A DNA stretch of 64,000 bases from Eledone cirrhosa (GCA_964016885.1 OZ024755.1:34782001-34846000), one strand, 5' to 3'. Shown: positions 1-13,013, numbered from the stretch's first letter. Translations and numbers: made by a program. The notes: generated by a model from the letters alone, not told the origin.

Positions 1-10
1 ATAACCATGT

Positions 11-60
11 CCATTACGAGCTGAGGATCCGCTAAGGTGAAACAATTGTTCTCGGTATGG
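11..60 (+). ncRNA. Type-I hammerhead ribozyme motif (Penelope-like terminal remnant)
   Basis: cgag-CTGAGGA-tcc gctaa ggt-GAAAC AATT GTT-ctcg. Stem I cgag/ctcg extends to ccat/atgg and stem III is palindromic, but stem II is weak. Degenerate second copy at ~16240-16300. Confidence 0.6.
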
Positions 61-96
61 TGAACTAACTCTTGTGTAACCACCTCTATATATATA

Positions 97-430
97 TCAT
101 CATCATCATCACCATCATTTTTACGTCCGCTTTTCCCTGCTTGCAAGGGTGGGACGGGAACTGATTCTGGCTTGATTTCTACAGCTGGATGCCCTTCCTA
201 ACACCAACCTCATTTATAGTGAGTGCTGGGTGCTTTTTTGCCGTGGCACCTCCACGACCACTTTGCAGTGGAATGATAGGGACCCCAGTCCCTATCATCT
301 CATTTCTACAGCTGAGTAAACTGGAGCAACGTGAAATAAAGTGTCTTGCTCAAGGAAACAACACATCACCCGGTCTGAGAATTGAACTCACAACCTTTCG
401 ATTGCAAGGCTAATGCTCTAACCACTAAGC
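97..430 (-). mobile_element. tRNA-derived SINE family A (RTE-type tail ending (GAT)n)
   Basis: Minus strand reads cttagtggttagagc...GAGTTCAATTC (A/B boxes), cttgagcaagacactt, tail gcggacgtaaaa(tga)n. About 10 copies in the window. Confidence 0.9.
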
Positions 431-461
431 TATATATATATATATATGCCGAAGTAGAATT

Positions 462-585
462 TTAATATTCATTTTTATTCAGGTTAAAAAGTGAGTTGTG
501 TTACTCTAGACTTTCGGCTGTATATCACTGATAAACTGGTGAAACTCCTGAGTAACAACACTCACTTTTTAGCCTGAATATAAAT
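462..585. repeat. Imperfect palindrome, Penelope-like end remnant
   Basis: tattcaggttaaaaagtgagttgtgttactc ... gagtaacaacactcactttttagcctgaata, with GAAA motifs facing outward on both arms. Confidence 0.6.
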
Positions 586-1018
586 AAATAAATAAATAAA
601 TAAACATATACAATTGTCCCCCAGTATTCATGGGGGTTACATTCCTAGAGAAACCGTGAAGAGTGGAAAACAATGAATATTGGACGTGGTCCATAAAAAT
701 GCCCATAAACATCAAAATATAACGTAAAATATAATAAAAAATGAGGGAGTGTCTTATGCGAAGGGACGGCTAATAGGTTGGCAATTATGGTATATTGTTA
801 TTAATAATTTAGTGTTAAAAAAACCTATATTGCCATGAAAAAAGCCATAACAAAAGATCGGGGAAGATAATTAAAATGCTGCGAATATGCGGTGGTTTCC
901 ACAAACTATTATTAGTTAGGGTCTGAGGAAAATTCTGTGAAGAGGCAGGACCGCCAATGTTGGGATCTTGAATGCTGAGGGTACACTGTGTGTATATATA
1001 TATATATATGTTTATATA

Positions 1019-1390
1019 TCATCATCATTTTATGTCCACTTTTCCCTGCCTGCAAGGGTGGGATGGGAACTGATTCTGGCTTCATTTCTACAGCTGGATG
1101 CCCTTTACAGTGAGTGCTGTGTGCTTTTTTTCTGCGGCACCTACACATCCACTTTACAGGGTGGGCTCGGTGCTTTCTTGCCGTGGCACCCCCACAACCA
1201 CTTTACAGTGGAATGATAGGGACTCCGGACCCCAGTCCCTATCATCTCATTTCTACAGCTGAGTAAACTGGAGCAATGTGAAATAATGTGTCTTGCTCAA
1301 GTAAACAACACATCACCCGGCCTGAGAATTGAACTCACAACCTTTCGATTGCAAGCCCAATGCTCTAACCACCAAGCCATGCGCCTTCAC
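1019..1390 (-). mobile_element. SINE family A copy
   Basis: Similar to 97-430, with an internal duplicated segment. Confidence 0.85.
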
Positions 1391-1403
1391 TATATATATA
1401 TAT

Positions 1404-1519
1404 AATTTATTAAAATAACAGATTAAAGTTTAAGCAAAGAATCGCTGCTTTCACCCTTAACGGGATCGTTAAGGGTGAAAGCAGCGATTCTTTGCTTAAA
1501 CTTTAATCTGTTATTTTAA

Positions 1520-1524
<5 letters not shown>
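1404..1524. repeat. Perfect ~58-bp-arm palindrome in a (TA)n tract
   Basis: atttattaaaataacag...cacccttaacg [ggat] cgttaagggtg...ctgttattttaataaat. Same family as 41845-41900. Confidence 0.9.
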
Positions 1525-1559
<35 letters not shown>

Positions 1560-1903
1560 AATATGACGCGTTTCGCACCTTGCCGACAGACAACCTTTCC
1601 CCCACCCCGGAAAAAACCCCCAATTGATGGATCTGAATCCGAAATATATAGGGACAATTAAATCTCTCCCAAGGTAACTCTCTCTCGTGTTCTTATTTTT
1701 ATTTTATCCTTTATACTCTTTCCTTCATTCTTCTACACGTCTTATACACGCCACGCATCTCAACGTACACCCACTTACATCTCCCTCTCCACCACCGGAT
1801 CTTGTTACCCGGAGATTTACCCATTTGCATTGTCGAGGCTTCCAAACGACTTAAAGATATTTACCTATTATTCCACAATGCTTCAAGCAAACTTCAATAC
1901 TCT

Positions 1904-1943
<40 letters not shown>

Positions 1944-2016
1944 CTGTGTCACTATCTTTCTCTTATTGTCTTCCACTTTCTCTTCCCTCTCCTCACTCTT
2001 TCATATCTTTTCACAA

Positions 2017-2507
2017 CAAAGAGAAGAAGAAAGGAGAAAAAGAAGGAAATAAAAAGAGTACAAGTAAAGAAAGTGAGAAAGAAAGAGAAGGAAAGAAAAA
2101 GAGAAGTAAAGAAAGTGAGAAAGAAAAAGAGAAGTAAAGAAAGTGAGAAACAAAAAGAGAAGTAAAGAAAGTGAGAAAGAAAAAAGGAGAAGTAAAGAAA
2201 GAAAAAGAGAAGTAAAGAAAGTGAGAAAGAAAAATAGAAGAAATAAAGAAAGTGAGAAAGAAAAAGAGAAGTAAAGAAAATGAGAAAGAAAAAGAGAAGA
2301 AATAAAGAAAGTGAGAAAGAAAAAGAGAAGAAGTAAAGAAAGTGAGAAAGAAAAAGAGAAGAAATAAAGAAAGTGAGAAAGAAAAAGAGAAGAAATAAAG
2401 AAAGTGAGAAAGAAAAAGAGAAGAAATAAAGAAAGTGAGAAAGAAAAAGAGAAGAAGTAAAGAAAGTGAGAAAGAAAAAGAGAAGAAATAAAGAAGGTGA
2501 GAAAGAA
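2017..2507. repeat. Purine-rich ~28-31-bp minisatellite (gaaagtgagaaagaaaaagagaagaaataaa)
   Basis: Direct tandem repeats visible. Confidence 0.9.
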
Positions 2508-2893
2508 ATGTTCTCTGAGGTGGAAAACAAACAGGTTCCTAAAATTACCATTTTTCCATTTCATTGACTCTGGGAAAGTCTTTAAAAGCTTCAACATTAT
2601 GTATGGAATTTATTAATTGCTTGATAGGCAGTTATCTTCCTTTCTCCTTCAATTTCTCTCCTTTCCTTCTTTACCTCCTTCGTTTATTCATTATGTTTTA
2701 TATCTATTATCTTTATTTGCTTTTATTATTATTTTAATATTTGCCTTCCAGCTATTAACTTGTCTTATCATTCATTATGATAATAACCATTTTAATTTTT
2801 TCCATCCACATTGACCTCAAAGATGCTCTTTTCTTTATTTCGTTTGGTATTTTTTAATCTTTTATATTCCAGGGAAGAGATATGTATTTTTAA

Positions 2894-2960
<67 letters not shown>

Positions 2961-3369
2961 AGTGTCTGTGTATACATATGTATATACATATATATATGTA
3001 TATATATACATTTATATATTTGTGTATACATACACATAAGTATACATATATATATATATATGCAAAAGTTCTATTTAAATTGTTGGGATACAACAAGCAA
3101 ATATTTTTATAACTGATATAAAGCACTCAACAAGTATTTGGAGTAGATATACAATATTATTTTCCTCTGTTCTCTTTTCTTTTTGCTTTCTTTTTCTTTA
3201 TCTATCTCTCCCTTTCTTTTCTCCACGTTTCTCTCTCTCCATCTTTTTACTTACTCTTAACACTATGACTTACTAAAGTAAACAAACCACTATCCTGATG
3301 GCCTCCAAAAGCAACGGTCACTTTTTAAAAGGGTACGTCAATGTCTATTTATAAAACTGTTATATATTG

Positions 3370-3434
3370 TATTTTGTCTGATGAAGGCATACCATAATTT
3401 AACTTGGTATCCTTGAAATATATATAATGAAATA
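3370..3434 (+). ncRNA. Type-I hammerhead ribozyme motif (Penelope-like family)
   Basis: tattttgt-CTGATGA-aggcatacca/tggtatcctt (stem II)-GAAA-TATATA-TA-atgaaata (stem I with wobble pairs), followed by AATAAA. Paralogs at 6313-6365 and, degenerate, ~7021-7070. Confidence 0.65.
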
Positions 3435-3476
3435 AATATGGTTTTAAAAATATAGTTTCCATTTATTAATATCGTT

Positions 3477-3512
<36 letters not shown>

Positions 3513-3518
<6 letters not shown>

Positions 3519-3755
3519 AAAGATAACAAAGACGATTGGTTATTCCTCCATTACATTTATTGGTAGTTGATGCGCGTTTCGCCACTGATCAGCTCATGGT
3601 TCGATCTCTATCGATCTTACCCGACTCTGTAATCCGCAGCTCGACGGGTAAGATCAATCCAGATCGAACCTTGAGCTGATCAGTGGTGAAACACGTGTCA
3701 CCAACCAATAAATGTAATGAAGGAGTAACCAATCGTCCTTGTTATCTTTTCACTA
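3513..3755. repeat. Head-to-head inverted repeat of a Penelope-like 3' end (HHR half-core GAAACACGTGTC + AATAAA)
   Basis: Arms of ~100 bp are imperfect reverse complements. Each carries GAAAC-palindrome-GTC/ATC. Confidence 0.75.
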
Positions 3756-3853
3756 TAATACACTCTGTATAGCTCTACACCTCGACACTGAAGTGAACCT
3801 AAACATCGAGTGCTCACCCGGGTGAACCTACAGTAACTCCAAGTTGCACTCCC

Positions 3854-3880
<27 letters not shown>

Positions 3881-3884
<4 letters not shown>

Positions 3885-3990
3885 AAGTATGACCCCGACG
3901 GCAGAGCTCAAGCCGTTTCGACAGCTATTTCATCCAGAAATAGCCATCGAAACGGCTTGAGCTCTGCCGTTGGGGGGGTCTTACTTTTTC
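3881..3990. repeat. Palindrome with GAAAC on both arms
   Basis: gaccccgacggcagagctcaagccgtttcga...tcgaaacggcttgagctctgccgttggggggg. Confidence 0.8.
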
Positions 3991-4070
3991 CTCTTTCCCA
4001 TTCTACTACCCTAAGTATTGTGTACTCAGGTGCGTTATTGTCCATTTGGTCCCTTACCACAATTCCTTTG

Positions 4071-4121
<51 letters not shown>

Positions 4122-4584
4122 TATGTACACGCACATACATATATGTATACAGACGTACAGTAGTATGTATATATATATACATACATGCACACATATATAT
4201 ATGTACGTATGGATTCACCGAACATTTATTATAATGCTCGGTGTGTTTGTAAACAAACATCCCGTATTAAGCCGTAGTGTCTAGCAACCATCGTTGCTCG
4301 TTTGTTCAACACTGACAAAGGAACACTGTACTAGTTTCAAGCTTATTAGCTATCGTCTGCAACATAAACCTTCCTGCCAGATTGTTGAATGTATATACTT
4401 ACCTTATGCATATTAACAGCTGAGTAGCCCAATTTGCATATCGAGTGGGTTAATCGGCCGGGTGCACCGAAAACAATAAAAGGAAAAAGTGAAACGAAAT
4501 TTCATTTCCCACTCTTAGTACGGCTGTTACTTAAATATAAGTATGTACACGTACATACATATATGTATACAGACGTACAGTAGT

Positions 4585-4920
4585 ATCATCATTTCATTTT
4601 ACGTCCGCTTTTTCCCTGGTTGCAAGGGTGGACGGGAACTGATACTGGCTTGATTTCTACAGCTGGATGCCCTTCCTAACACCAACCTCATTTACAGTGA
4701 GTGCTGGGTGCTTTTTTGCCGTGGCACCTCCACGACCACTTTGCAGTGGAATGATAGGGACCTCTGTTCCTAGCATCTCATTTTTACAGCTGAGTAAACT
4801 GGAGCAATGTGAAATAAAGTGTCTTGCTCAAGGAAACAACACATCACCCGGTCTGAGAATTGAACTCACAACCTTTCGATTGCAAGGCCAATGCTCTAAC
4901 CACTAAGCCATGTGCCTCCA
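4585..4920 (-). mobile_element. SINE family A inserted into the second 420-bp monomer
   Basis: Full head-to-tail copy interrupting the array. Confidence 0.9.
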
Positions 4921-5501
4921 TATATGTATATATATATACATACATGCACACATATATATATGTACATATGGATTCACCGAACATTTATTATAATGCTCGG
5001 TGTGTTTGTAAACAAACATCCCGTATTAAGCCGTAGTGTCGAGCAACCATCGTTGCTCGTTTGTTCAACACTGACAAAGGAACGCTGTACTAGTTTCAAG
5101 CTTGTTAGCTATCGTCTGCAACGTAAACCTTCCTGCCAGATTGTTGAATGTATATACTTACCTTATGCATATTAACAGCTGAGTAGCCCAATTTGCATAT
5201 CGAGTGGGTTAATCGGCCGGGTGCACCGAGAACGGTAAACGGACAAAATGAAACAAAATTTCATTTCCCACTCTTAGTACGGCTGTTACTTAAATATAAG
5301 TATGTACGCGTACATACATATATGTATACAGACGTACAGTAGTATGTATATATATATACATACATGCACACATATATATATGTACGTATGGATTCACCAA
5401 ACATTTATTATAATGCTTGGTGTGTTTGTAAACAAACATCCCGTATTAAGCCGTAGTGTCTAGCAACCATCGTTGCTCGTTTGTTCAACACTGACAAAGG
5501 A

Positions 5502-5544
5502 ACGCTGTACTAGTTTCAAGCTTATTAGCTATCGTCAGCAACGT
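5502..5544 (-). ncRNA. Intact type-I hammerhead ribozyme motif
   Basis: acgttg-CTGACGA-tagct aata agctt-GAAAC TA GTA-cagcgt. Stems I and II, palindromic stem III and a GUA cleavage triplet are all present. Confidence 0.8.
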
Positions 5545-5566
5545 ATACCTTCCTGCCAGATTGTTG

Positions 5567-6100
5567 TTTCCTTAGAGACCACCAGATAACAGATCGGGGT
5601 ACCCTATCAAAGGCCTTCTCTAGGTCAACAAAGGCTAAGTATAGTGGCTTATTTTTCTCTAAGAACCTCTCTTGCATTTGTCTCACGAAGAAGAGGGCAT
5701 CTGTTGTACTCTTCCCAGGCACAAAACCAAACTACATCTCATCTAGTTTGACCCTTTCTCTAATTAGTTGCTAAGTATACCTGATGTCTAGCTATACTCG
5801 GCTGTATATCCTTCCCTACTCCCACCCTTTTTCCAAACCTTCCATGCTAGTCTTTTGTCTCTAATGGCCTTATCTACTGTGCTGTTCCACCACCAGGTCA
5901 CTCTCTGTCTGGTTGGAGCTCTGCTCCAGCCACAAGTTTCATCAGTAGTCTGCAGTAAGTTGTCACGTAAAAAATTCCAGTTATTATCTATGTCATATGT
6001 CTCTAAATCGTCTTCTTTTTCGTCATACACATCTGGAAGGGCTTTCCTAAATTTGTATTTTAGTGAAAGGTCTTTTAGCTTCCAGACCTTTCTTCTCCAC
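5567..6100 (-). pseudogene. RTE-clade LINE fragment with internal deletion
   Basis: Peptides TWWWNSTVDKAIRDKRLAWK and GKSTTDALFFVRQMQERFLEKNKPLYLAFVDLEKAFDRVPRSVIWWSLRK (RT domain). Confidence 0.9.
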
Positions 6101-6282
6101 ACTTTCCTGTATGTCTCATTCCATCTCTTGCTTACTGAGATATCACTAAATGTATATGTAATATGTATATATATGTATCTCTATATGTATCTCTAAATAT
6201 GTATATATATACATATATAGATATATATATATATACATATATATATACATACATACACATATATATATATATACATACATAT

Positions 6283-6510
6283 TTATAAAACTAATCTGTA
6301 TTGTATTTTTATCTGATGAAAGCACACCATAATTTGCCTTGGTGGCCCTTGAAAAATGTATAATAAATTAAATATGGTTTTATAAATATAGTTTCCATTT
6401 GTTAATATATTGTATATTTACTCCAATAAACTGTTGAGTGCTTTATATCAGCTATAAAAATATTTTTAAGCTTGTTGTATCCCAACAAATTAAATATAAC
6501 CTCTGCATAT
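6283..6510 (+). mobile_element. Penelope-like remnant with HHR core CTGATGA (6313) ... GAAA (6351)
   Basis: Paralog of 3350-3475. Its distal part is also present inverted at ~3060-3160. Confidence 0.65.
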
Positions 6511-7516
6511 ATATATATATATATACATGATGGCTGCCCCCTCGTTATCGAGTATGGCCATTGCACGATGTACCATTATTAGTAATTATTAATTAATTCT
6601 ATCGTGCAATGTCTGTATGCAAAGATTTTTTTAAAGTGAGGAAAGACTGTGCACTGAGCCAATCCCACTCTCTGAGCAACAGTAGGTATAACCCGAAAAG
6701 AAGAAAAGATCAACATCATCGGTAACTACTGAACCCCAGGTTATATCGTAGTTATCCCAGTTTCCTGAGTTACCTTCTCCTAGAAGAATGCCCTGACAAA
6801 GACTAGGGGGTCCTTCACTCCCAGTGGTCTAACCGCGCGATTGGGTATCCAGCCCAATTATTTCTATGTCCCCGCGCATATATATACACACGTATACATG
6901 TGTATACATATATACATGTGTATATACATATTTATACATTTTTGGATAGCCGTTGACTCTTATGTAAGGTTTTGTTTTTTGTTCTGCAGGGTGTGCAGAA
7001 AAAATACAGAGCTTGTTTTATAAGATGAGAGCGTACCAAAGTTAAGGTACCATTGATATATATATAATAGAATAAATATGGTTTTATAAATATAGTATCA
7101 ATTTATTAATATCATTGATATATATAAATATATATATGTATATATGTGTATATATATATGTATATATATATATATATATATGATGCAATACCTTATAGCA
7201 ATACAGTTGTTTCAATACATAGATGTATCTTTTTAAAGGTAGAAATGAAGTGTAAAAAGTAGATCATGTAAAAAGATACACCTCAAGCTGTAAGGTATTT
7301 CTTCGTTAATAAATATCAACTTTTCATAAATAATGTATTGAGTCTTTTATTAAGTTGTAATACATGTGTGCGTGTGTATGTATATGTATACATGTATACC
7401 TATGTAGGTATAGATATAGATATATATATGTATGCGTGGGTGTGCATATATATATATATATATATGTATGTGTGGGTGTGCAGAGAGAGAGAGAGAGAGA
7501 GTGAGAGAGAGAGATA

Positions 7517-7616
7517 CAGGGTGTCACCCAAAAATGTATATACACTTTGATTACCCATGCAGGCAAATTTATTAGAATGCTGTTTAAGTGTATATACATT
7601 TTAGGGGGACACCCTG
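7517..7616. mobile_element. 100-bp Tc1/mariner-type MITE
   Basis: TA|CAGGGTGTCACCCAAAAATGTATATACACTT ... AAGTGTATATACATTTTAGGGGGACACCCTG|TA: terminal inverted repeats with TA target duplication. Confidence 0.85.
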
Positions 7617-7674
7617 TATATGTATAAGAATACATATGTATATATATATATATATTTGTATATATATGTACATA

Positions 7675-7768
<94 letters not shown>

Positions 7769-7974
7769 TATAAATACATATATATACATATATCATCATC
7801 ATCATATATATACATATACATATATATATATGTATATATATATATACATGTATATATATATACATGTATATATATATACATGTATATATATATACATGTA
7901 TATATATATACATATATATATATATACATGTATATATATATATATACATATATATATACACACACATATATATA

Positions 7975-8015
<41 letters not shown>

Positions 8016-8054
8016 GTATATATACACATTACAAATATATATATATATATACAA

Positions 8055-8102
<48 letters not shown>

Positions 8103-8594
8103 ATCTCTATATATTGGGGCAACTCTATGAAGCATGCATTCATGAATAATTGTAACGGGATAGTATTTTTCCATACATAAATATATTCCACTCCTTACAT
8201 TTCCTAATAAACCTTTTGCAGGATTCAATAATCTAGATATAGGATTCAGGTTTGGGAATTTGGATATATATAAATTAATAAGACAAAGAATGCAAACTGT
8301 ATTATTTGATCCAATATTTGTAAATGCAATGACAACACATTGAATATAGGGAACAATCTCATAGATTTTAGATTGAATAAAACGAGAAAATGAAGTATGT
8401 TTTCCTAAGGAAAGTATTTTGTGAAGCTGGCAATGATAGATATAAAAATAGAGTTTGTTAACAGAGATATTTCTATGCTACCAAAAATAAGATAAAATAA
8501 ATTGAAAATAACATATAGAAATAAGAAATATAAGAAAGAAAAAAAATGGTAAAATTAAAAAGCAAATTGTTTCAATAATGGTTTCTTATTTCAA

Positions 8595-8985
8595 TAATTG
8601 TTTCTATTTTTGGCCCAAGGCCAGCAATCGCCCAGTGCATTACTGGTACTTTATTTTATCAACCCCCGTAAAGATGAAAGGCAAAGTTAACCTCGGCGGG
8701 ATTTGAACTCAGATCATAAAGGGCCGTAACTCTATGCTGCAAAGCATGGCGTCCGACCCTCTACGGATACTGCCAATCCACCACCCCAATAATAATTGTT
8801 CCTACTTTCGGCACAAGGCCAGCAATTACCCCAGTGAATTACTGGTACTTCATTTAATCGACCCTGTAAGGATGAAAGGCAAAGTTAACCTCGGTGGGAT
8901 TTGAACTCAGAATGGCAAGGGCCATAAATCTATGCGTCAAAGCATGGTGTCCGACCCTCTACCGATACTGCCAATCCACCGCCTA
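8595..8985 (-). mobile_element. Two tandem copies of tRNA-derived SINE family B
   Basis: Minus strand ggtggattggcagtatcg...GAGTTCAAATCCCGCCGAGGTTAACTTTGCCTTTCATC...aaagtagaaacaatt. Further copies at ~13970-14185, 18670-18870, 20520-20640, 39910-40090, 42265-42455, 45635-45830, 47335-47715 (x2), 57125-57278 and 58917-59110. Confidence 0.85.
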
Positions 8986-9094
8986 ATGACCCTTTCTTAT
9001 ATACAAATGTATAGAGAATCAGATTTTAAAGGAGTAAGATATGGGATTGTCTATCTAATATAACTTTTACAGGTGGATATATAATACAAATAGA

Positions 9095-10080
9095 ATGGTT
9101 CCATAGAGGTGTAATAGAGTAGTTACTGTATGTGCTTCTAGTGAACTGGCAACTACACTATGGTTCTATAGAGATTAATAGCGTAGTTATAGAGAACTGG
9201 CAACTACACTATAGTTCCATAGAGATGTAATAGAGTGGTTATAGAGAACTGGTAACTACACTATAGTTCCCTAGAGATGTAATAGAGTAGTTATAGAGAA
9301 CTGGTAACTACACTATGGTTCTATAGAGATTAATAGAGTAGTTATAGAGAACTGGCAACTACACTATGGTTCTATAGAGGTGTAGTAGAGTAGTTATAGA
9401 GAACTGGTAACTACACTATGGTTCCATAGAGGTATAATAGAATAGTTATAGAGAACTGGTAACTATACTATGGTTCCATAGAGATGTAATAGAGTAGTTA
9501 CTAGTAACTACACTATGGGTCCATCTAGGTACAATAGAATAGTTATAGAGAACTGGTAACTATACTATGATTCCATAGAGATGTAATAGAGTAGTTATAG
9601 AGAACTGGTAACTACACTATAGTTCCATAGAGATGTAATAGAATAGTTATAGAGAACTGGTAACTACACTATGGTTCCATAGAGATGTAATAGAATAGTT
9701 ATAGAGAACTGGTAACTACACTATAGTTCCATAGAGATGTAATAGAGTAGTTATAGAGAACTGGTAACTACACTATAGTTCCATAGAGATGTAATAGAAT
9801 TAGTTATAGAGAACTGGCAACTACACTATGGTTCCATAGAGGTACAATAGAATAGTTATAGAGAACTGGTAACTACACTATGGTTCCATAGAGATGTAAT
9901 AGAATAGTTATAGAGAACTGGTAACTACACTATGGTTCCATAGAGATGTAATAGAATAGTTATAGAGAACTGGTAACTACACTATGGTTCCATAGAGATG
10001 TAATAGAATAGTTATAGAGAACTGGTAACTACACTATGGTTCCATAGAGGTACAATAGAATAGTTATAGAGAACTGGTAA
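9095..10080. repeat. 52-bp minisatellite (~18 copies)
   Basis: Unit agagaactggtaactacactatggttccatagagatgtaatagaatagttat. Confidence 0.95.
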
Positions 10081-10707
10081 TATGGTTATAAAATTAGACA
10101 TGATAATTGTTTTTCTCTTAATGATTTATTTGTTTCGGTTGTTGGACTCTGACCGTGCTGGAGCACCAATATCAAGGGTTTACTCATCATATCAACCCTG
10201 GTACATAGTTTAGTCTGCTGTCTATTTTGTCGATCTTCATCTGTCAAGCCATGAAGTTGTGAGACATAAAGAGACTCACCATAAACAACACTGTCTTTTT
10301 ATAAGAGAGTAACTATAGAGACACAGACATACACATGTATGCACATACATAAGCATACAGACATACACATACATAAGCACACACACTTGCATATACAACA
10401 GTTCTCAGCACAGTTTGCATCTGCCAAATTTATATTCAAGTGGGTTTATAACATATATACATTTTAACTCCTTCCTTTGTCTTATCATTCATTGTTCTCT
10501 CTGCAGCATAACATTTCAGAAGAATTAATAATTCTTGTAATTGTTTAACTCAAGCAGAATAGTCTTAGTCATTTGATTATGACAATTATGGATACAAAAC
10601 AGAACATTAAGAAGACAATAAAAGATAGAAATAAGGAAATAAAACGTCCTTAATCCAGTATGTTGATTTATGAGGAAGAAAATAAAGATATATAGAGGAT
10701 GACTTAA

Positions 10708-12497
10708 CCCTCCAGCATTTAAACTGGCCAGAATTCTCTCACCTCTTTCTGTTCAAACTGGGTGTAACCAGCTGCTTATACTGATGTTAAGACATTGATC
10801 TCAAAATAAATAATATTAAAATCTCATAGATTCGATATTATGTGAGATAATTATGTGAAGTAAAGCCTTTACTGTGAAAATACAATAGTAAATATAGAGT
10901 AATATAAATGTTATGTGAGATATTATGTGAAGTAAAGCCTTTACTGTGAAAATACAATAGTAAATATAGAGTAATGTAAATGTTATGTGAGATAATTATG
11001 TGAAGTAAAGCCTTTACTGTGGAAATACAATAGTAAATATAGAGTAATGTAAATGTTATGCGAGATAATTATGTGAAGTAAAGCCTTTACTGTGGAAATA
11101 CAATAGTAAATATAGAGTAATGTCAATGTTATGTGAGATAATTATGTGAAGTAAAGCCTTTACTGTGGAAATACAATAGTAAATATAGAGTAATGTAAAT
11201 GTTATGTGAGATAATTATGTGAAGTAAAGCCTTTACTGTGGAAATACAATAGTAAATATAGAGTAATGTAAATGTTATGTGAGATAATTATGTGAAGTAA
11301 AGCCTTTACTGTGGAAATACAATAGTAAATATAGAGTAATGTAAATGTTATGTGAGATAATTATGTGAAGTAAAGCCTTTACTGTGGAAATACAATAGTA
11401 AATATAGAGTAATGTAAATGTTATGTGAGATAATTATGTGAAGTAAAGCCTTTACTGTGGAAATACAATAGTAAATATAGAGTAATGTAAATGTTATGTG
11501 AGATAATTATGTGAAGTAAAGCCTTTACTGTGAAAATACAATAGTAAATATAGAGTAATGTAAATGTTATGTGAGATAATTATGTGAAGTAAAGCCTTTA
11601 CTGTGGAAATACAATAGTAAATATAGAGTAATGTAAATGTTATGTGAGATAATTATGTGAAGTAAAGCCTTTACTGTGGAAATACAATAGTAAATATAGA
11701 GTAATGTAAATGTTATGTGAGATAATTATGTGAAGTAAAGCCTTTACTGTGGAAATACAATAGTAAATATAGAGTAATGTAAATGTTATGTGAGATAATT
11801 ATGTGAAGTAAAGCCTTTACTGTGGAAATACAATAGTAAATATAGAGTAATGTAAATGTTATGTGAGATAATTATGTGAAGTAAAGCCTTTACTGTGAAA
11901 ATACAATAGTAAATATAGAGTAATGTAAATGTTATGTGAGATAATTATGTGAAGTAAAGCCTTTACTGTGGAAATACAATAGTAAATATAGAGTAATGTA
12001 AATGTTATGTGAGATAATTATGTGAAGTAAAGCCTTTACTGTGGAAATACAATAGTAAATATAGAGTAATGTAAATGTTATGTGAGATAATTATGTGAAG
12101 TAAAGCCTTTACTGTGGAAATACAATAGTAAATATAGAGTAATGTAAATGTTATGTGAGATAATTATGTGAAGTAAAGCCTTTACTGTGGAAATACAATA
12201 GTAAATATAGAGTAATGTAAATGTTATGTGAGATAATTATGTGAAGTAAAGCCTTTACTGTGAAAATACAATAGTAAATATAGAGTAATGTAAATGTTAT
12301 GTGAGATAATTATGTGAAGTAAAGCCTTTACTGTGAAAATACAATAGTAAATATAGAGTAATGTAAATGTTATGTGAAGTAAAGCCTTTATTGTGAAAAT
12401 ACAATAGTAAATATAGAGTAATATAAATGTTATGTGAGGTAAAGCCTTTACCATGAAAATACAATAGTAAATATAGAGTAATGTAAATGGTAAAGGG
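10708..12497 (+). mobile_element. TTAA-flanked piggyBac-type MITE with an internal 73-bp unit expanded ~22x
   Basis: TTAA|CCCT...AGGG|TTAA ends. The 73-bp tandem (10840-12490) matches a single-copy segment of the short MITE at 13528-13725. Confidence 0.85.
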
Positions 12498-12972
12498 TTA
12501 AACGAGATTCTATGATATTGATACTTTTTTCAATGTCATTAACCTAAATTAAACACAATCCTAGTGTTGGCATAGAATTTCCCCTATACTTTCTACAATA
12601 CATTGCTGTTTAGTATTTATATTATTTCTTTGAATCATTCACCTTTCTAAAATTATAACATTTCTGGCTATTGACCTCATCTTTACAGGGTATATTCTAA
12701 TTAAATAGCTGAACAATTGAAGCTTACTTTTGACAAACTTGTTTCTCTTTCTTGTTTCTTTTTTCTTTTTTCTTTTTTATTTCTTTTTCAAAGAAATAAA
12801 ATCAATTATTTCCTCACTTTCTCGCTCTGTCTCACAGTTCAGTTGACCAATGGAGCAGAACAGTAATGCACAGATAACTTACTTCCTCAACAGTTCAGAA
12901 CAAAGTGGTCAAAAATACCCTTCACACTCAGTTCCCCAGACATCACTTCTGTTCTCTTCGCACATTACATAC

Positions 12973-13013
12973 CTCTCCTAAACTCAAGATTACTCTGCAC
13001 AACAGCAAGCTCA
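12973..13013 (-). CDS. Candidate internal exon of an unidentified host gene (ELAVVQSNLEFRR)
   Basis: Acceptor ttttcttttcttttaactgaataattttag and donor gag|gtatgt. Phase-compatible with 18452-18504. Confidence 0.35.

Larger units (their letters stand above)
4116..5566 (-). mobile_element. Tandem array (~2.6 x 420 bp) with one hammerhead per monomer; retrozyme-like
   Basis: Equivalent monomer positions are 4121, 4541 and 5300 (offset by a SINE insertion of ~339 bp). HHR motifs at ~4322-4366, 5081-5125 and 5501-5545. Confidence 0.85.
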
